NCBI GenBank assembly: GCA_002256025.1
Contig: NKIB01014584.1
Coordinates: 1-42,521 of the forward strand
DNA: 42,521 bases
Source of the DNA: Asterionella formosa
Taxonomy: Eukaryota
Direction: 5' to 3'
How positions within the stretch are numbered: the stretch's first letter is position 1; every line of letters starts with the position of its first letter. The position numbers were made by a program, and so were the translations under genes. Shown here in pieces: positions 21,689 to 33,188 of the stretch. The notes beneath the pieces were generated by a model. The model had not been told where the DNA came from. It searched no databases and was given only the letters and a program-made list of their open reading frames with translations.

Positions 21689-21910
21689 GTGATCATTTCC
21701 GTATTCTATATGCAGGTGACACAAACTACTGGTAGTCATGTTATGATAATCCCTCAGGATGTCTATTTTTCTCAGTCTAGTGATCATTTACGTATTCTAT
21801 ATACAGGGCGGTGCAAACATGAATTCTCCTTTCAGTAGTACTCATATGACAATAATCCTAAAGAACTATTTTTTCTCAGCCAAGTGATCATTAGCATGTT
21901 CTATATTCTG
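21689..21910. repeat. Imperfect tandem repeat, ~90-105-bp unit, about 2.3 copies
   Basis: GTGATCATT...TTCTATAT recurs at 21689, 21780 and 21884. The last two are each preceded by CTATTTTT(T)CTCAG. Confidence 0.65.
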
Positions 21911-22216
21911 GTACACATGATATGAACATTACTTTCATGTGTGTTACCTTATCAATCTGTATTGTGTACTATGATGTCATCATGATCACATCGTAACTTT
22001 CATATCAATTTTCATTTGATCAAAGCAACAAGCATTGGCACAACGTTAGATATCGAACATGTTGCTTCCAAGAACATAGCACTATATTGTGCATGGGTAG
22101 TTCACGTTGAGAGACTTAATCTAAATTGGAACAATCATTAAATAGTATTGATAGAAAGTCAATAAGATTCTTTCCCGGTAGAAGTTATTTTCCTAACAAT
22201 TTTGGGAGAAGCTGTA

Positions 22217-22252
22217 TGCATGACTGCATGATTGCATGACTGCATGACTGCA
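22217..22252. repeat. 8-bp tandem repeat (TGCATGAC)x4.5
   Basis: tgcatgac tgcatgat tgcatgac tgcatgac tgca. Confidence 0.85.
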
Positions 22253-22442
22253 CCTGTTATGAATCACTGTCTTTTCATGAAGTTTATTCATCTGTCTGTC
22301 AGTTTGTTTGCAAACACCTGTCTCGTGTTCTCTCTCTGCTCTCTCTCTCTCGCTCTCTATTTGTACTCTAATTACTCTTTTAACATTCCCCCTTCCAAAC
22401 TCCTTTTGAGCTTGTCAGGTTTGTTAATTGACACACACTACT

Positions 22443-22487
22443 CTCCTCCTTCTCCTCCTCCTCCTCCTCCTCCTCCTCCTCCTCCTC
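22443..22487. repeat. (CCT)n microsatellite
   Basis: Directly visible run of CCT triplets with one interruption. Confidence 0.9.
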
Positions 22488-22890
22488 TTCCTTTGTCCTC
22501 ATTGTCATTCGCTATCATTCCCTCTTTCTCTACAGCACCTCATCTGGCACATTGCCACTGGGTTTTGGCCAGGGTGAATTTAAAAGGATTTTTTAGTGTG
22601 CTTTATTTTTTCAAACAATCGACACTAGTTTACAATGTAAAATACAACACCGGTATACGATTAATAGCTGCACTGTGCATACTTTGTGTTGGACAATTTT
22701 CGGGTGGTTCAAGAATAAGGCCAATTAATATAAATTATCTGAACAATATTTTGCAATGTAAATTTTTAGCAAGCCATTTTTACCGTTCAAAAAGATAATC
22801 ACATAATTTATGTCATCACAACCATTCAAATTGGATTGATGTTTTTCCTCTGAAAGGCAACCGAGTAAGAAAAGCATTGGTAATTGTTGG

Positions 22891-24041
22891 CTAATGTCGT
22901 CGTCGGTGTTTCAATGCTAAAATGATCAAGAGTATTCCAATCAGGGACACAAGGCACAAAATGCATTTCATAGGTCTGGCACTCTTTTGATGACGTTCTG
23001 CCTTTTCCAGCTGCTGAATGCCTGTCTTCGTGTGTTCTACCACAGCTTCCATGTTGTAATCAATTCGATCCAAAATGGTTCCTTGATCAATGACTAGCAC
23101 TGCCAACTCCTTGAAAATTTGTCCCAGCTCTTCAATTGACTGCGCAATTTTTTGAATTTCATGATCTCGGCTCTGGACTGCTTCAGTCAAGTCATCCACG
23201 ACTGCCAACTGTTGTGTATTAAAGAAATCTCCACCTTGACCCAATTCAATCCCAAATTTGTTGACTTCCCCTCCGCTTTTTTGCGCTTGCACTTCAGCCA
23301 AGTACTTGCGTTGCGACTGACGAAATTCCATGCTCATTTCCTGCAATCGCTTGGCCAGTGAGCGCTGAATATTGGCACCAACCGTGGCCTCTTCTCCTCC
23401 AGCACGACGCGTTGCTGCCCCCACTCGTTGCAAGTAGCGTTCAGCGGTCCTAAATCGGTCTGCCAGAAATATGCGGTGAGAAATTTTTTCCCTGGCATGG
23501 TGCTAATTGGGAATCCCGCATGCCCTATTCTCACCTGTAATGTCCCTTGTTAACTTTTCAATCTTGCCTTCCATATCGTCCAGGTCCTTTCCAAAGACGG
23601 ATCCTACACGAGAGCTATGCAGAGAGCGAAGTAACTCCATTTGTCTGGTGATGTCGGTGAGTTCCGAATTGACCGCATCCACATCATCGACCCATTGGGG
23701 TGGAAGCGTCGAAGAGTGGTTGGACATGGTTGACAGTTGGATTCCCCCTTCCTGTTGACACGCATGAGTTGAGAATGCAATAAGGGTGAACTAAATCATG
23801 CGCCATTATCCGACACTCACCTCCATGAACATGGAATCATCAGTACCACCAGCTACGATCCGCATAGGAGTGGAGCCTGATAAGGAGGAACGCAAAGAGT
23901 GAGCTCAGCTGTCGATGAGCGCCGCTGAGGGTCATTGGTTCACCGATTCAGTTTTCTGCACTCACCCTTGTCGTTGCGACGCCGCATGTTGGCAGCCGAG
24001 CGCTTTTCTAGAAAGGCGCTGGTGAGATCACGAGACGCCAT
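22891..24041 (-). CDS. STX16: Syntaxin-16/Tlg2/SYP4-type Qa-SNARE (305 aa); exons 24041-23966, 23876-23821, 23751-23535, 23459-22891
   Basis: N-peptide MASRDLTSAFLEKR, LPPQWVD, SNARE motif IAQSIEELGQIFKELAVLVIDQGTILDRIDYNME, and a C-terminal TM helix. Three GT-AG introns keep the frame. Confidence 0.92.
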
Positions 24042-26393
24042 GGTAAACGAGACGTTGTGGATTCGCTTTGGGTCGACCTGTCGTTTCGAACTTCGCTGTG
24101 CTGTATCCACGTTTGCCCATGGTGGGGTTTGTCTCTGGAAGGCTATTATTACGGTACCTGGTACCTGGTACTGGTACTAACGGTTATGGTCTTGCCTTGC
24201 CATTCGGCCATGATTCGTACATCATACGAACGGCATTACCTTATAACTGGAGTACCAAATACGTACGTACATGGGACTGCGAAGGACGAGCTATTTTATA
24301 ATATTATTCTGGAATCTGTCAATGATACAACATATTTCGTACAACAATGCATGATACTTTTAAAAAGGGCCATCGTTGTTATCATTCTGTCATTGGTGTA
24401 TCATATCCAGGTTTTGCTTCGAAAATTGCGTTGGCTTGGTATCATAATTTTGTTTCACGAATGGGCTTTTGGGTCTGATCACTGGTGTTCTTTCATGGGC
24501 ATATCACCGATAAAGTTTTTGGATCCTGGACCAATGCTGTATCAGTGATACAGCTATTAGTTGCTGTTTATCACATTTGTTGCTTGTCACTGATATAATA
24601 TCTGTTAACATGGTGCCAGCACCACCACCTACATGATTTATTTTGTTGATGGGAAAATCAACATCAGCATCACAGCGCAACATGAAAACACAACTGGTGT
24701 AATCGATTGATCCTAATGGCATGCATCTATAATTCAAATTATAGCCTCACACCACTTTTGCAAGCCCTAATGTCATATCTTAGTATTGTTTTAGTCGGAT
24801 TAGTAGTCATAGCTTTAGTTGTTGCTGGAACAAATCAATAGTTCTAGCTATTTGCATTCCTATAAATTGACGAATATTCTTTTACATCGTAGATTCGTAA
24901 GTTCTTACGCAATTTTGAAGATGTATCTATATTTCTTTCTCTATTGCATCGTTCATACAATGATATATTAGACCTCCAAGGCGCAGCGACTCGTTTGCCA
25001 TTTTGATGAAGAAATGGCCGATTATCAACATGGTGGTCAATGCAACAACAACGACAATGTTGACGAGTCTCCCACCAGTACTGCCTGGTACCAGCAGGGT
25101 ACCTGGTGGCTGTAGCATGTGTACACAGGATCCGTCACATGATATGATATTTGTTATTATATTCCGGTTATTTTTATTTAGGCTACTCATATGCATATCA
25201 CTGATCAGATATATTTAGATGCTTGTAGCTGGCGTGTCATTTCTAATGATCTATGTTACTCCAGCCATGATACACTGTGATCAGTTCCAATCTTGAATTT
25301 CAAATTAAGTGATACACGATGAAAACTGATAAGAATGGCCCCAAGAATATCCGGTATATTGGAATCTGGTATAGTATACCAGTAGTATTATATATTTGTT
25401 CTAATACACCAATCAGGACTTTTCACAGTAGCTACCAGGTAGTAGAATATAATACCAGTAGTATACTCCAGGAAGGTCTGGTAGTGCACGTTTTCTGCAC
25501 ACCTTTTCAACTACAATTCACTCCCAATGATTCATCCCATGCCTGTCGGACGAGATAGGCCAGTTTTCACTTTCACGGCATGCAACACTCTACACTACGG
25601 TAATCTGTAGGTCTAACCATATTTTGTTTGATTCTCTATCTAACCATATGTCAATTAACAGTCCATTGATATTTTCAAAATGACTCTTTTGTTTACGAGT
25701 ACTGATCCAGTTGATGACTATATATGACTGGAAATTCGCTGACAATGACTAGATCTGCTGACTACAAATTGAATTTACTGACCCTGCCTGAATAGAATTT
25801 GCTGACCATGACTAGCTAGAAGTTACTGAGTGATCTGTGAATTCTATAACCAAATGGTCTATCACCTGTAGAAGTATTTGAACATGATTTTGATGATCAG
25901 ATGATGAGGATTTACTGAATGATAATTTAACAGCATAGAAATTTACTTTAGAGAATTTGGAATGGAAAGCCAGCCTAACCCTTCCAGTAGGCATGGGATG
26001 AATCATTGGGAGTGTGCAGTCGAAACTGAAAAAGTGCAAATAAAACATGCTCTACTGGACCTTCCAGTACATATAAGTGCGTCCCTCATTGCTTGTATAC
26101 AAGTAAAGGAGGGCTGTGCATTTGGGGGTGCAAAAGAGTTTTTTCAGTTAGTGAGTGTTCAGCATGATGATTTCAAATCCTCTGCTGCCGTCACAAATCG
26201 GCCCCATCAGCCATGTTCGCGCCAAAAAATGTTATTGGCTATGATGTAAACATTCATACCGGTAGATCTGAGTATATCTGCATAATGAGAATGCATGCAT
26301 GCAATCATTAGCAATTGCCACCTTCGTGCACTCTCAAAGATTCATTTCATTTCACAGATACAGACACTGACACTGACCCTCTCTCCCCTGATC

Positions 26394-27243
26394 ATGCACA
26401 TTCCATCCCCCACCAACATCCCACGAGGAGCGTTTATCGTGTTGGAAGGCGTCGACCGCTGCGGGAAGACGACACAGTGCGGTTTGTTGTTGAAACACCT
26501 CACGTCCACCCTGGCATTGTCGGCTACGGCAATGCGCTTTCCCGACCGTACCACAGCTGTAGGTACCTTGATTGACGGATACCTTCAATCCAGTCAGAAT
26601 CTAGAAGATAGAGCCATTCATTTGTTATTCTCCGCCAATCGATGGGAGGCAGTCGAATCCTTGACCAGCCAAATAGCAACCGGCAAAACAATTGTCTGCG
26701 ATCGATATGCCCATTCGGGAGTGGCATTTTCATCGGCCAAGAACGCCGAGGACCCATTAACGGTGGAATGGTGCAAGTCTCCAGATAAGGGACTACCTGC
26801 TCCAGATGCTGTGATTTTCTTGACTTTGTCACAAGTCGAAGCGGAGCAGCGTGGAGGGTGAGATTTATTTTTCCTTTGTTTTGTGACGCTTGTGACAGAA
26901 ATCGTTCTACTCGAGATTTGATTATTTTTCTCAAACATGCCATCTAACCTATATCACTTTAATTAATTTTTCCAGCTATGGTGGTGAACGATACGAAAAG
27001 CGCGACCTTCAGCTTCGTGTACGAAATCGTTTTGACGAGTTAAGGGCAGCGGACGAAGGCAGCGCCATCAACTGGTATATGATTGATGCAGCCCAGTCTG
27101 TCGAAGACGTCCAAAAAGATATCAACTCGGTTGTGATGAAAACTATTGAGCATGTCAAGTCTGGAAAGCCCCTGGGAAAATTATGGATGGAGGGCGACTA
27201 TGACTTGTCCAAGACATCCGCGTTTGAGGATAAGGAGAATTAA
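26394..27243 (+). CDS. tmk: Thymidylate kinase (dTMP kinase), 243 aa; exons 26394-26857 and 26976-27243
   Basis: RGAFIVLEGVDRCGKTTQ P-loop, RFPDRTT, HLLFSANRWE, CDRYAHSGVAFS. Intron 26858-26975 restores RGGYGGERYE. Confidence 0.95.
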
Positions 27244-27251
27244 ATGCAATG

Positions 27252-28595
27252 TTACATTTCTCCATCCGAACCAGCAGTTGTGAAATGCTCTTCCGCAGAT
27301 TCTTTTGGACTTGATATTACATTGTCAATGCCTGATGATTCTGGTTCAACTGAATTCGACTCATCCACTTCGTCTAGGGTTGCATGTTCGTCGTTTCGAA
27401 GTGAACGCCTTGCCTCCTGCTCTGCCAGTATTTTTTCCAACCGTTCCTTTGCCAAACTCCCTGAATACAGCATAGGTGGTGTCATATCGTCGAAAACATG
27501 CATCGTCCTCTTTGTTGTAACTATTAGTTTGTTGTTGTCTTGCGCAATGGCATGAATCGCGTACGGGAGGACACACTTCCAGACAAGCTTGCCCGCTCCA
27601 TGCGTTACGACATACAACCATCCAGCGAAGGTACCAATGGCAATGCGATGCCGCGTCATGCTACAAACAGCTAGCACAGCGTCGTCGGATTCACCATGCC
27701 ATAATCCTTGCAATATCAAGTCTGGTCCCTGCCATGACATGGCGGTTGCAGTAGTCATTCGACATACGAAACCGCACATGCTCCCACAAAGAACTTGCAA
27801 TTCTTTATTTTCCATGAAGCACAAATGAAGACTTATGATAGGACCATCCACAATAACTGTATGGGACGTGGCATTTTCGATATCAGCCACACTGCTGTAT
27901 TCCAACAGTCGAATCGTGCCGTCTTGACACCCGACTGCCAAACATTGCAGTCCACCGGGCAATGTTATCGATGTCAGTCTCATAATGGGAGATGTGAAGG
28001 AAAACGCGGAAATCTTCTCGAAATTAAGCTTCAAAATCTCTCGTTCAGTTCGTCTATAACATTTCAAGAGACAGTCATCGGCACTACCGATCCAGAGTAA
28101 ACCATCTGATGTCAAGTGTGGTGATAAGGGTCTGGTTTGGAGGGGTAATTTGAGTTCGTTTTGGTCGAGCCGCTGCCAAACTAGGGCAGCCTTGAATGTT
28201 CTTGTAATTGTGTTCGAATCGTCCGACATGACATTGGAAGTGGATTCTGTGTTGGCCAATGTCGCAGATGTGGTGGGTTGACGCCGATTAATTGTGGCTG
28301 TGGATTCGTTGGCGACCGAGTCTATTGTGAGTCCGTCGGACTCCTCTGCAATTAATGTTGCATCTTCTTGTTCCAAAATACAATGCACTTGCTCTTCTTT
28401 CGAGCAAGTGAAGCCTACGCAAACGAATCTGTCAGACGGAAACGATATGGGAGTTGCCAAAACATGTTGCCGAGATTCGTCGATTTCGACAAAGTGAGTG
28501 GTACTGGCGAGTTTACTTTGCAATCCGCTTGTTAGGCCTGAGAAGCACGTTGTCGGGCTGCTTAATTGAATCACATGGCTTTCTTGAATGGTCAT
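27252..28595 (-). CDS. Beta-propeller protein, Kaptin (KICSTOR subunit)-like, 447 aa
   Basis: Intronless ORF. Motifs AVGCQDGTIRL, VDGPIISLHL, DDAVLAV, IAIGTFAGWLYV, LVWKCVLPYAIHAI and LIVTTKRTMHVF occur in the same order as in the Kaptin C-terminal half. Confidence 0.65.
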   Translation of the reverse strand: MTIQESHVIQLSSPTTCFSGLTSGLQSKLASTTHFVEIDESRQHVLATPISFPSDRFVCVGFTCSKEEQVHCILEQEDATLIAEESDGLTIDSVANESTATINRRQPTTSATLANTESTSNVMSDDSNTITRTFKAALVWQRLDQNELKLPLQTRPLSPHLTSDGLLWIGSADDCLLKCYRRTEREILKLNFEKISAFSFTSPIMRLTSITLPGGLQCLAVGCQDGTIRLLEYSSVADIENATSHTVIVDGPIISLHLCFMENKELQVLCGSMCGFVCRMTTATAMSWQGPDLILQGLWHGESDDAVLAVCSMTRHRIAIGTFAGWLYVVTHGAGKLVWKCVLPYAIHAIAQDNNKLIVTTKRTMHVFDDMTPPMLYSGSLAKERLEKILAEQEARRSLRNDEHATLDEVDESNSVEPESSGIDNVISSPKESAEEHFTTAGSDGEM

Positions 28596-28844
28596 GTTTC
28601 ATAGCTACTAGATAAGTATAACCGGTGGACGGGTACAAAAAGTGAACGACCATCGGTGGACCTGGGCTTTCCTTGTTCCTTCGTCACACACTGAATTTTA
28701 TGTCAAACAACAATCCGCCTGGTACGTAAATATTTAGGTCGATGGCTGAGGAAATAAGAACGCACAGCCACTTGCAGCTCGGGCAAATCACACGACCCAT
28801 GAACACCTACTATACTACCGTATACGTGATAACCATCATTCAGA

Positions 28845-29200
28845 AGGTACCTGGTACCTGCTACCTGGTCCTGATGGAATTCCTCATCAAGCATCCCAAT
28901 ACTACCCCGTAATTTAGTACGGAGTACCAGGTACCAGGGTAACTGGTAGCTGGTACCCTGGTACCAGTACCTGGTAGTCTCGAAGTGTTACCGGTACCTG
29001 TTACCAGGTACCAGGTACCTGGTACCAGGTACCTTGTCGTGGATATAGGAGTGCTGCTGTATAAACACTCCCAGTACCAGGGGTACCAGGTACCGGTACC
29101 AGGTGCCTACCGGTAGGTACCTAATCGTCATGCACGGATATTTTATGTTCAGAACTTGTTCCTCTTCTCGGTTTTGACCTACGGTACCATACCGGTAAGC
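28845..29200. repeat. Low-complexity palindromic (GGTACCW)n / TACCGGTA tract; similar tracts near 1790-1845, 3715-3790, 12430-12790, 24150-24180, 25075-25110, 32520-33030, 34660-34690, 37290-37330
   Basis: For example ttaccggtacctgttaccaggtaccaggtacctggtaccaggtacc. Seen only in non-coding DNA. Confidence 0.85.
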
Positions 29201-29266
29201 TAATTTCAAAATTAAACCCCGTTACGGCTCGTTGTCGTACATGTTTCAAACCTCATGACATAAAAA

Positions 29267-30056
29267 ATGGCGATACAAAAGAAGGACACTGACACCATCA
29301 TGGAATGGATCTGCCAATGCTTAAGCTTGAATGTAGAGAAGAGGTCGAAACTCTCTGAGAGTGGATTGATGAGCTTGACAGGTATGCTGTTGGCGGTTAT
29401 GCATGGTGTATGCCTTTTTTTCGTCGTCATGGATCACAGGTTGTTATGACAGTTTGCTTGAAAATAAAAACTGAAACATTAATGTCGTTTATATCCCAGT
29501 CCGACAGCTGAAATTTCTTTGGACGATCTTGGGCGATGACGATCCAGATCGAACCTTCCGATTGAACATTTTGGAAGGCGAAAAAATGTCACCTATAAGT
29601 GAGCCGGTTCGAAAGGAACACTGGACGATCGCAATATGGGAGATACTTCAAGACCCTCGCAAGATGGATTCATTTGGATTCTCGCTTGACTACGACAAAC
29701 CCAAGGACTGGGAAGATTCGCCATTGGATACGGTCATGACATGCACAGGGAATCATTTTGTTATGTCAGACCCCTCCAACTTTTGTGTCAGCGTTGACCT
29801 GTTGAGCCGACCAGATGGAGACCCTACCTTGATATTGAGCGCTATATGTTACTATGGACACGAGTACAAGGAAATGGCAACCAGTGCTCAATGGAGAAAT
29901 GCTACAACATCTAAGCATACTCCAAAGGTGAACAATGTACATTTCATGAGCAGCATGTTCAGGTTGGTGACCGATGAGTCATTTGACAACAACGAGGAAA
30001 CTATGATAAGCTGGACTTCAGATTTGGCAATTTGTCATCCCCTTCGAGTTGTATGA
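29267..30056 (+). CDS. Hypothetical protein (223 aa); exons 29267-29381 and 29500-30056
   Basis: Intron G|GTATGC...CCCAG| joins ORF 29267 in frame to ORF 29529-30056 with no stops. No recognisable family. Confidence 0.6.
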
Positions 30057-32645
30057 ATATTTAAAATATTTGCAAGCAAGATACAAGCATCTATGAATGG
30101 ACACAAAGTTCTCACATGGTTCCAATTTGTGACTTATCTTGTTCTGATGAGATTATCCTGGTAGGTTTGTAAGTACAACTTGTTTATGAAAAATATTCCT
30201 ACTTTAAGCAAATTTTATGAAAGCAAATTGCCATAAATACTAACGGATTTGTCTCAGTATTTTTGGCTGCATCAGAGTAAAGCCAAAGAAATAATCTGGA
30301 ACAACAAGCCAGCCAGGCCAGGTGGTTGATAAAATGAGTATCAAAGAGATGTAAACATGTACCAGTTTGGAATTGGAATCACTTTTGGGGGCACACAAAT
30401 GTACAACGAACAAGATATATCAAAATTACCACAACTTGCTTTTACCATCATGCACAGTATGTGAAAATGAACCAGTATAGAAGGTCTGATAACAAAGATT
30501 GCACCAAACTACATGCTCCTACATGATAGTAAAATATGCTAAATTTCTTAATTTGACCATCTTCTGTCAGGAAGTGGAGGATGCAAAGTCCAAAATCTTG
30601 TTGTCATTCATTCATAGATCCCAATAGATAACCCCCCCCCCCTACCTGGTACTTGTATCTAGTCTAGTGTATTATGTGGGTCTCCTCTGTTAGTACGGTA
30701 CAGTTGCAACCAAACCTTAGGTTGCTGCCTCTCATGAAGATTCTCCGGCTAATAGCCCCTCCTATAAAAAGTTATTCCAAATCGAATGGTGTACATAATA
30801 CATGTTCTAAGTATTCAAGAAATAGGTGAACCTGACCTCGATTTTTTGGCGTGTTTTTCATAGAATCATGCTCCAATATAATTATTGCTGTGAACCCTCC
30901 CCCCCTCCTTTCATTGACCCTTCGCTAACCAATAGACACAAGAGGGAGGATTTGACACCATAATGATAGTGACAATACATCGTCAATTGCTGGCTTTCCA
31001 ACCTCAAAAGGCAGGGATGATGATGGAAATGATGAAATGGACGGCCGGCTTGTTGTAGTAAAACCGGATATTCGCCTTCAAGGTTCATTGAAGTTGGTTC
31101 TAGTATGGGATGTAATATTTCCCTAACTTCGCCACCATCAAACTCTTCTGATTTGAATGCGAATTATCTTTTCGTGCTTTGCAGGCTTGTCAATAGCCCT
31201 TAGCCCTAACCAATCCACATGTACCGCTATTTAACTTTATACTCGCCTAAAAAGAGATTCATCTAACCACGCACCGTACTCATTGCCTGCATTGTCTCGC
31301 ATAGAAAATGCATATTACTTCTACAGAGGGCTTCTTAAAAGGATGTGAATTGAGCCACGTTCTTTGGTGAACATGTTGCAACTATATGAGAACAGATTGA
31401 GTAGTATAAGACAGATGGAGGAATGGTGGTACCAGTAAAAAACTGCTTTGACCCAATGAGAATTTTGTACTGCTCTGACCCATTGAATGCAGAATATCAT
31501 GTTTTGTTATCAAAACATATATAAATGCAATTCTGAGAAAATTGTGTTGTTCCTGAGCATGTAGGCTAGTAAATCATGTAATTAGTTTGAGATTTAGAGT
31601 CAGTTGTTTATCTTGATAGATAGCCTGGCTGAAATAGTCAATCGACCAAGAAACCTGGAGAACACGGATAAGTGTAAGTTTGGAGTTCTCATCATAATTT
31701 GATGCATAACAATATTTAAACAAATATTTCGAAATCTATTTAATTATTGTTTGAACATTCAGCACATTTACGACAATATATACTTTGTTGTCATACTACT
31801 GACCTCTGCAGCGATGGCAAATGATATGGGCACTCCTTTATTGCATTGGGGATTCTTATATTATGTATCTGTCAGTCCACAAAATATTAAAAACAGTCCA
31901 AAGCAACCACCACCATACTGAAGACAAGGAGGAACTGAACTTCCAATATCAAGGAAGCACTGCACCAGTCCCAAATACAAGGCAACAGCTGTTTCAAAGG
32001 TACATCGACACTTGTCATCATTGCAGGGAACAGATTCCACGAAATACGCTTGCTGCAGCACAACTACCTGATCCTCAACATGCTTCTGAAGATGCAGGTG
32101 ATGTTGTGGTCAATGGTCAGACTGCAATGATCTGACCACTGGACTTGAAAGTTGGGGGAACAACATGACTGATGATGGAGCAGGGTGCGGCATCATGAAT
32201 ATATATGTAGTTGCATTAACACATGATCTAAACTGTCCTCGAAAAAATATATGAATTTATCTAGAAAAAAGTATTCTAGGCTGTGACCCATTGAAATCAC
32301 TTTTTAGCTGTTCTAATGTTTCTGTATCTTTTTACGTAAGCCTTCAATCAGAATTCAAACACAAGCAACATCCAGCTTGCTTCATCGACGTGCGCAGCTC
32401 TGTTGCTACAAAACAAGTGGGTCTGAAATTGTTGGATGTAATTTACCTCTAGTCGGAGGAGTCAAACAAACAAACTACCTGAAACTCCAAAAAATTACTT
32501 GTCCGTACACACATACACCCTGGTCCAGTACTCCTACCACGTGCTAGGTATCTGGTACCAGGTACCAGTACCCTGGTTACCTGGTAGGAGTTACAGGTAC
32601 CAGGTATCTGGTACCGTGATACTGCATATGTGATGGAGCGGTATA

Positions 32646-32739
32646 CTGCAAGTTGCGGTCATTTTGCTTAAATAAAATATTTAATATCGGATAAAGAAAG
32701 CTAAATGTTTATTTTCATCACAATTACCGCAACTTGCTG
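32646..32739. mobile_element. MITE family A, copy 3
   Basis: CTGCAAGTTGCGGTCATTTTG ... CAATTACCGCAACTTGCTG, with internal GGATAAAGAAAGCTAAAT; same length as copy 1. Confidence 0.8.
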
Positions 32740-33188
32740 GTTGTTGGGGGTCTCCTGTGAAAGGTCTGTCAATCGAGATGTTTAGCTTACTTTTTTCTTA
32801 GAACACAAAACGTGTTTACCTGACCTTCCTTGTACTCCTGTAAATGTATTTCTTCGTTCAATATCTACTGATGGTTCTCAGGGTACCAGGTACCTAGATA
32901 CCAGGTACAAGGGTACTCCTAACGGTACGTGGTAGTACCCTGGTACCACCACTACCAGATAAATGTAGGCTCGCTGTATTTGCCTTTTGGCAAATGCATC
33001 ACCGAAGATACTACTACCTGGTACCGGAGTATGAATTATCGTTGCACTACTGAGATGATTGCATTTACATTGTTCGCTGATTCTTCTTCAGCTTCTTCCT
33101 CACCTCAATCATTGAACCTGCATTCGATTTCGCTCCCTTTGGATTAACGAAATTCCAGTCGCTTTTTCCCATCACACAAATATTCAGA

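Noticed and set aside
21689..21910. CRISPR-like repeat-spacer array
   Set aside because: Eukaryotic context, degenerate repeats, related 'spacers', and no cas genes.
22232..22798. 188-aa ORF with poly-proline
   Set aside because: The open frame is produced by (CCT)n, (CT)n and 8-bp repeats; TTG start; no other coding signal.
8582..27243. Functional cell-cycle gene cluster (Mrc1-like, CENP-N-like, thymidylate kinase)
   Set aside because: Interspersed with unrelated genes; no evidence of co-regulation from sequence alone.
14668..30440. Inward-facing solo TIRs as the ends of one 16-kb element
   Set aside because: The interval holds ordinary housekeeping genes and no TSD; independent remnants are more parsimonious.
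31195..31212. CCCTTAGCCCTAACC as telomerase RNA template or telomeric seed
   Set aside because: Only ~1.3 perfect repeat units, with no supporting promoter or structure visible; compatible with chance.
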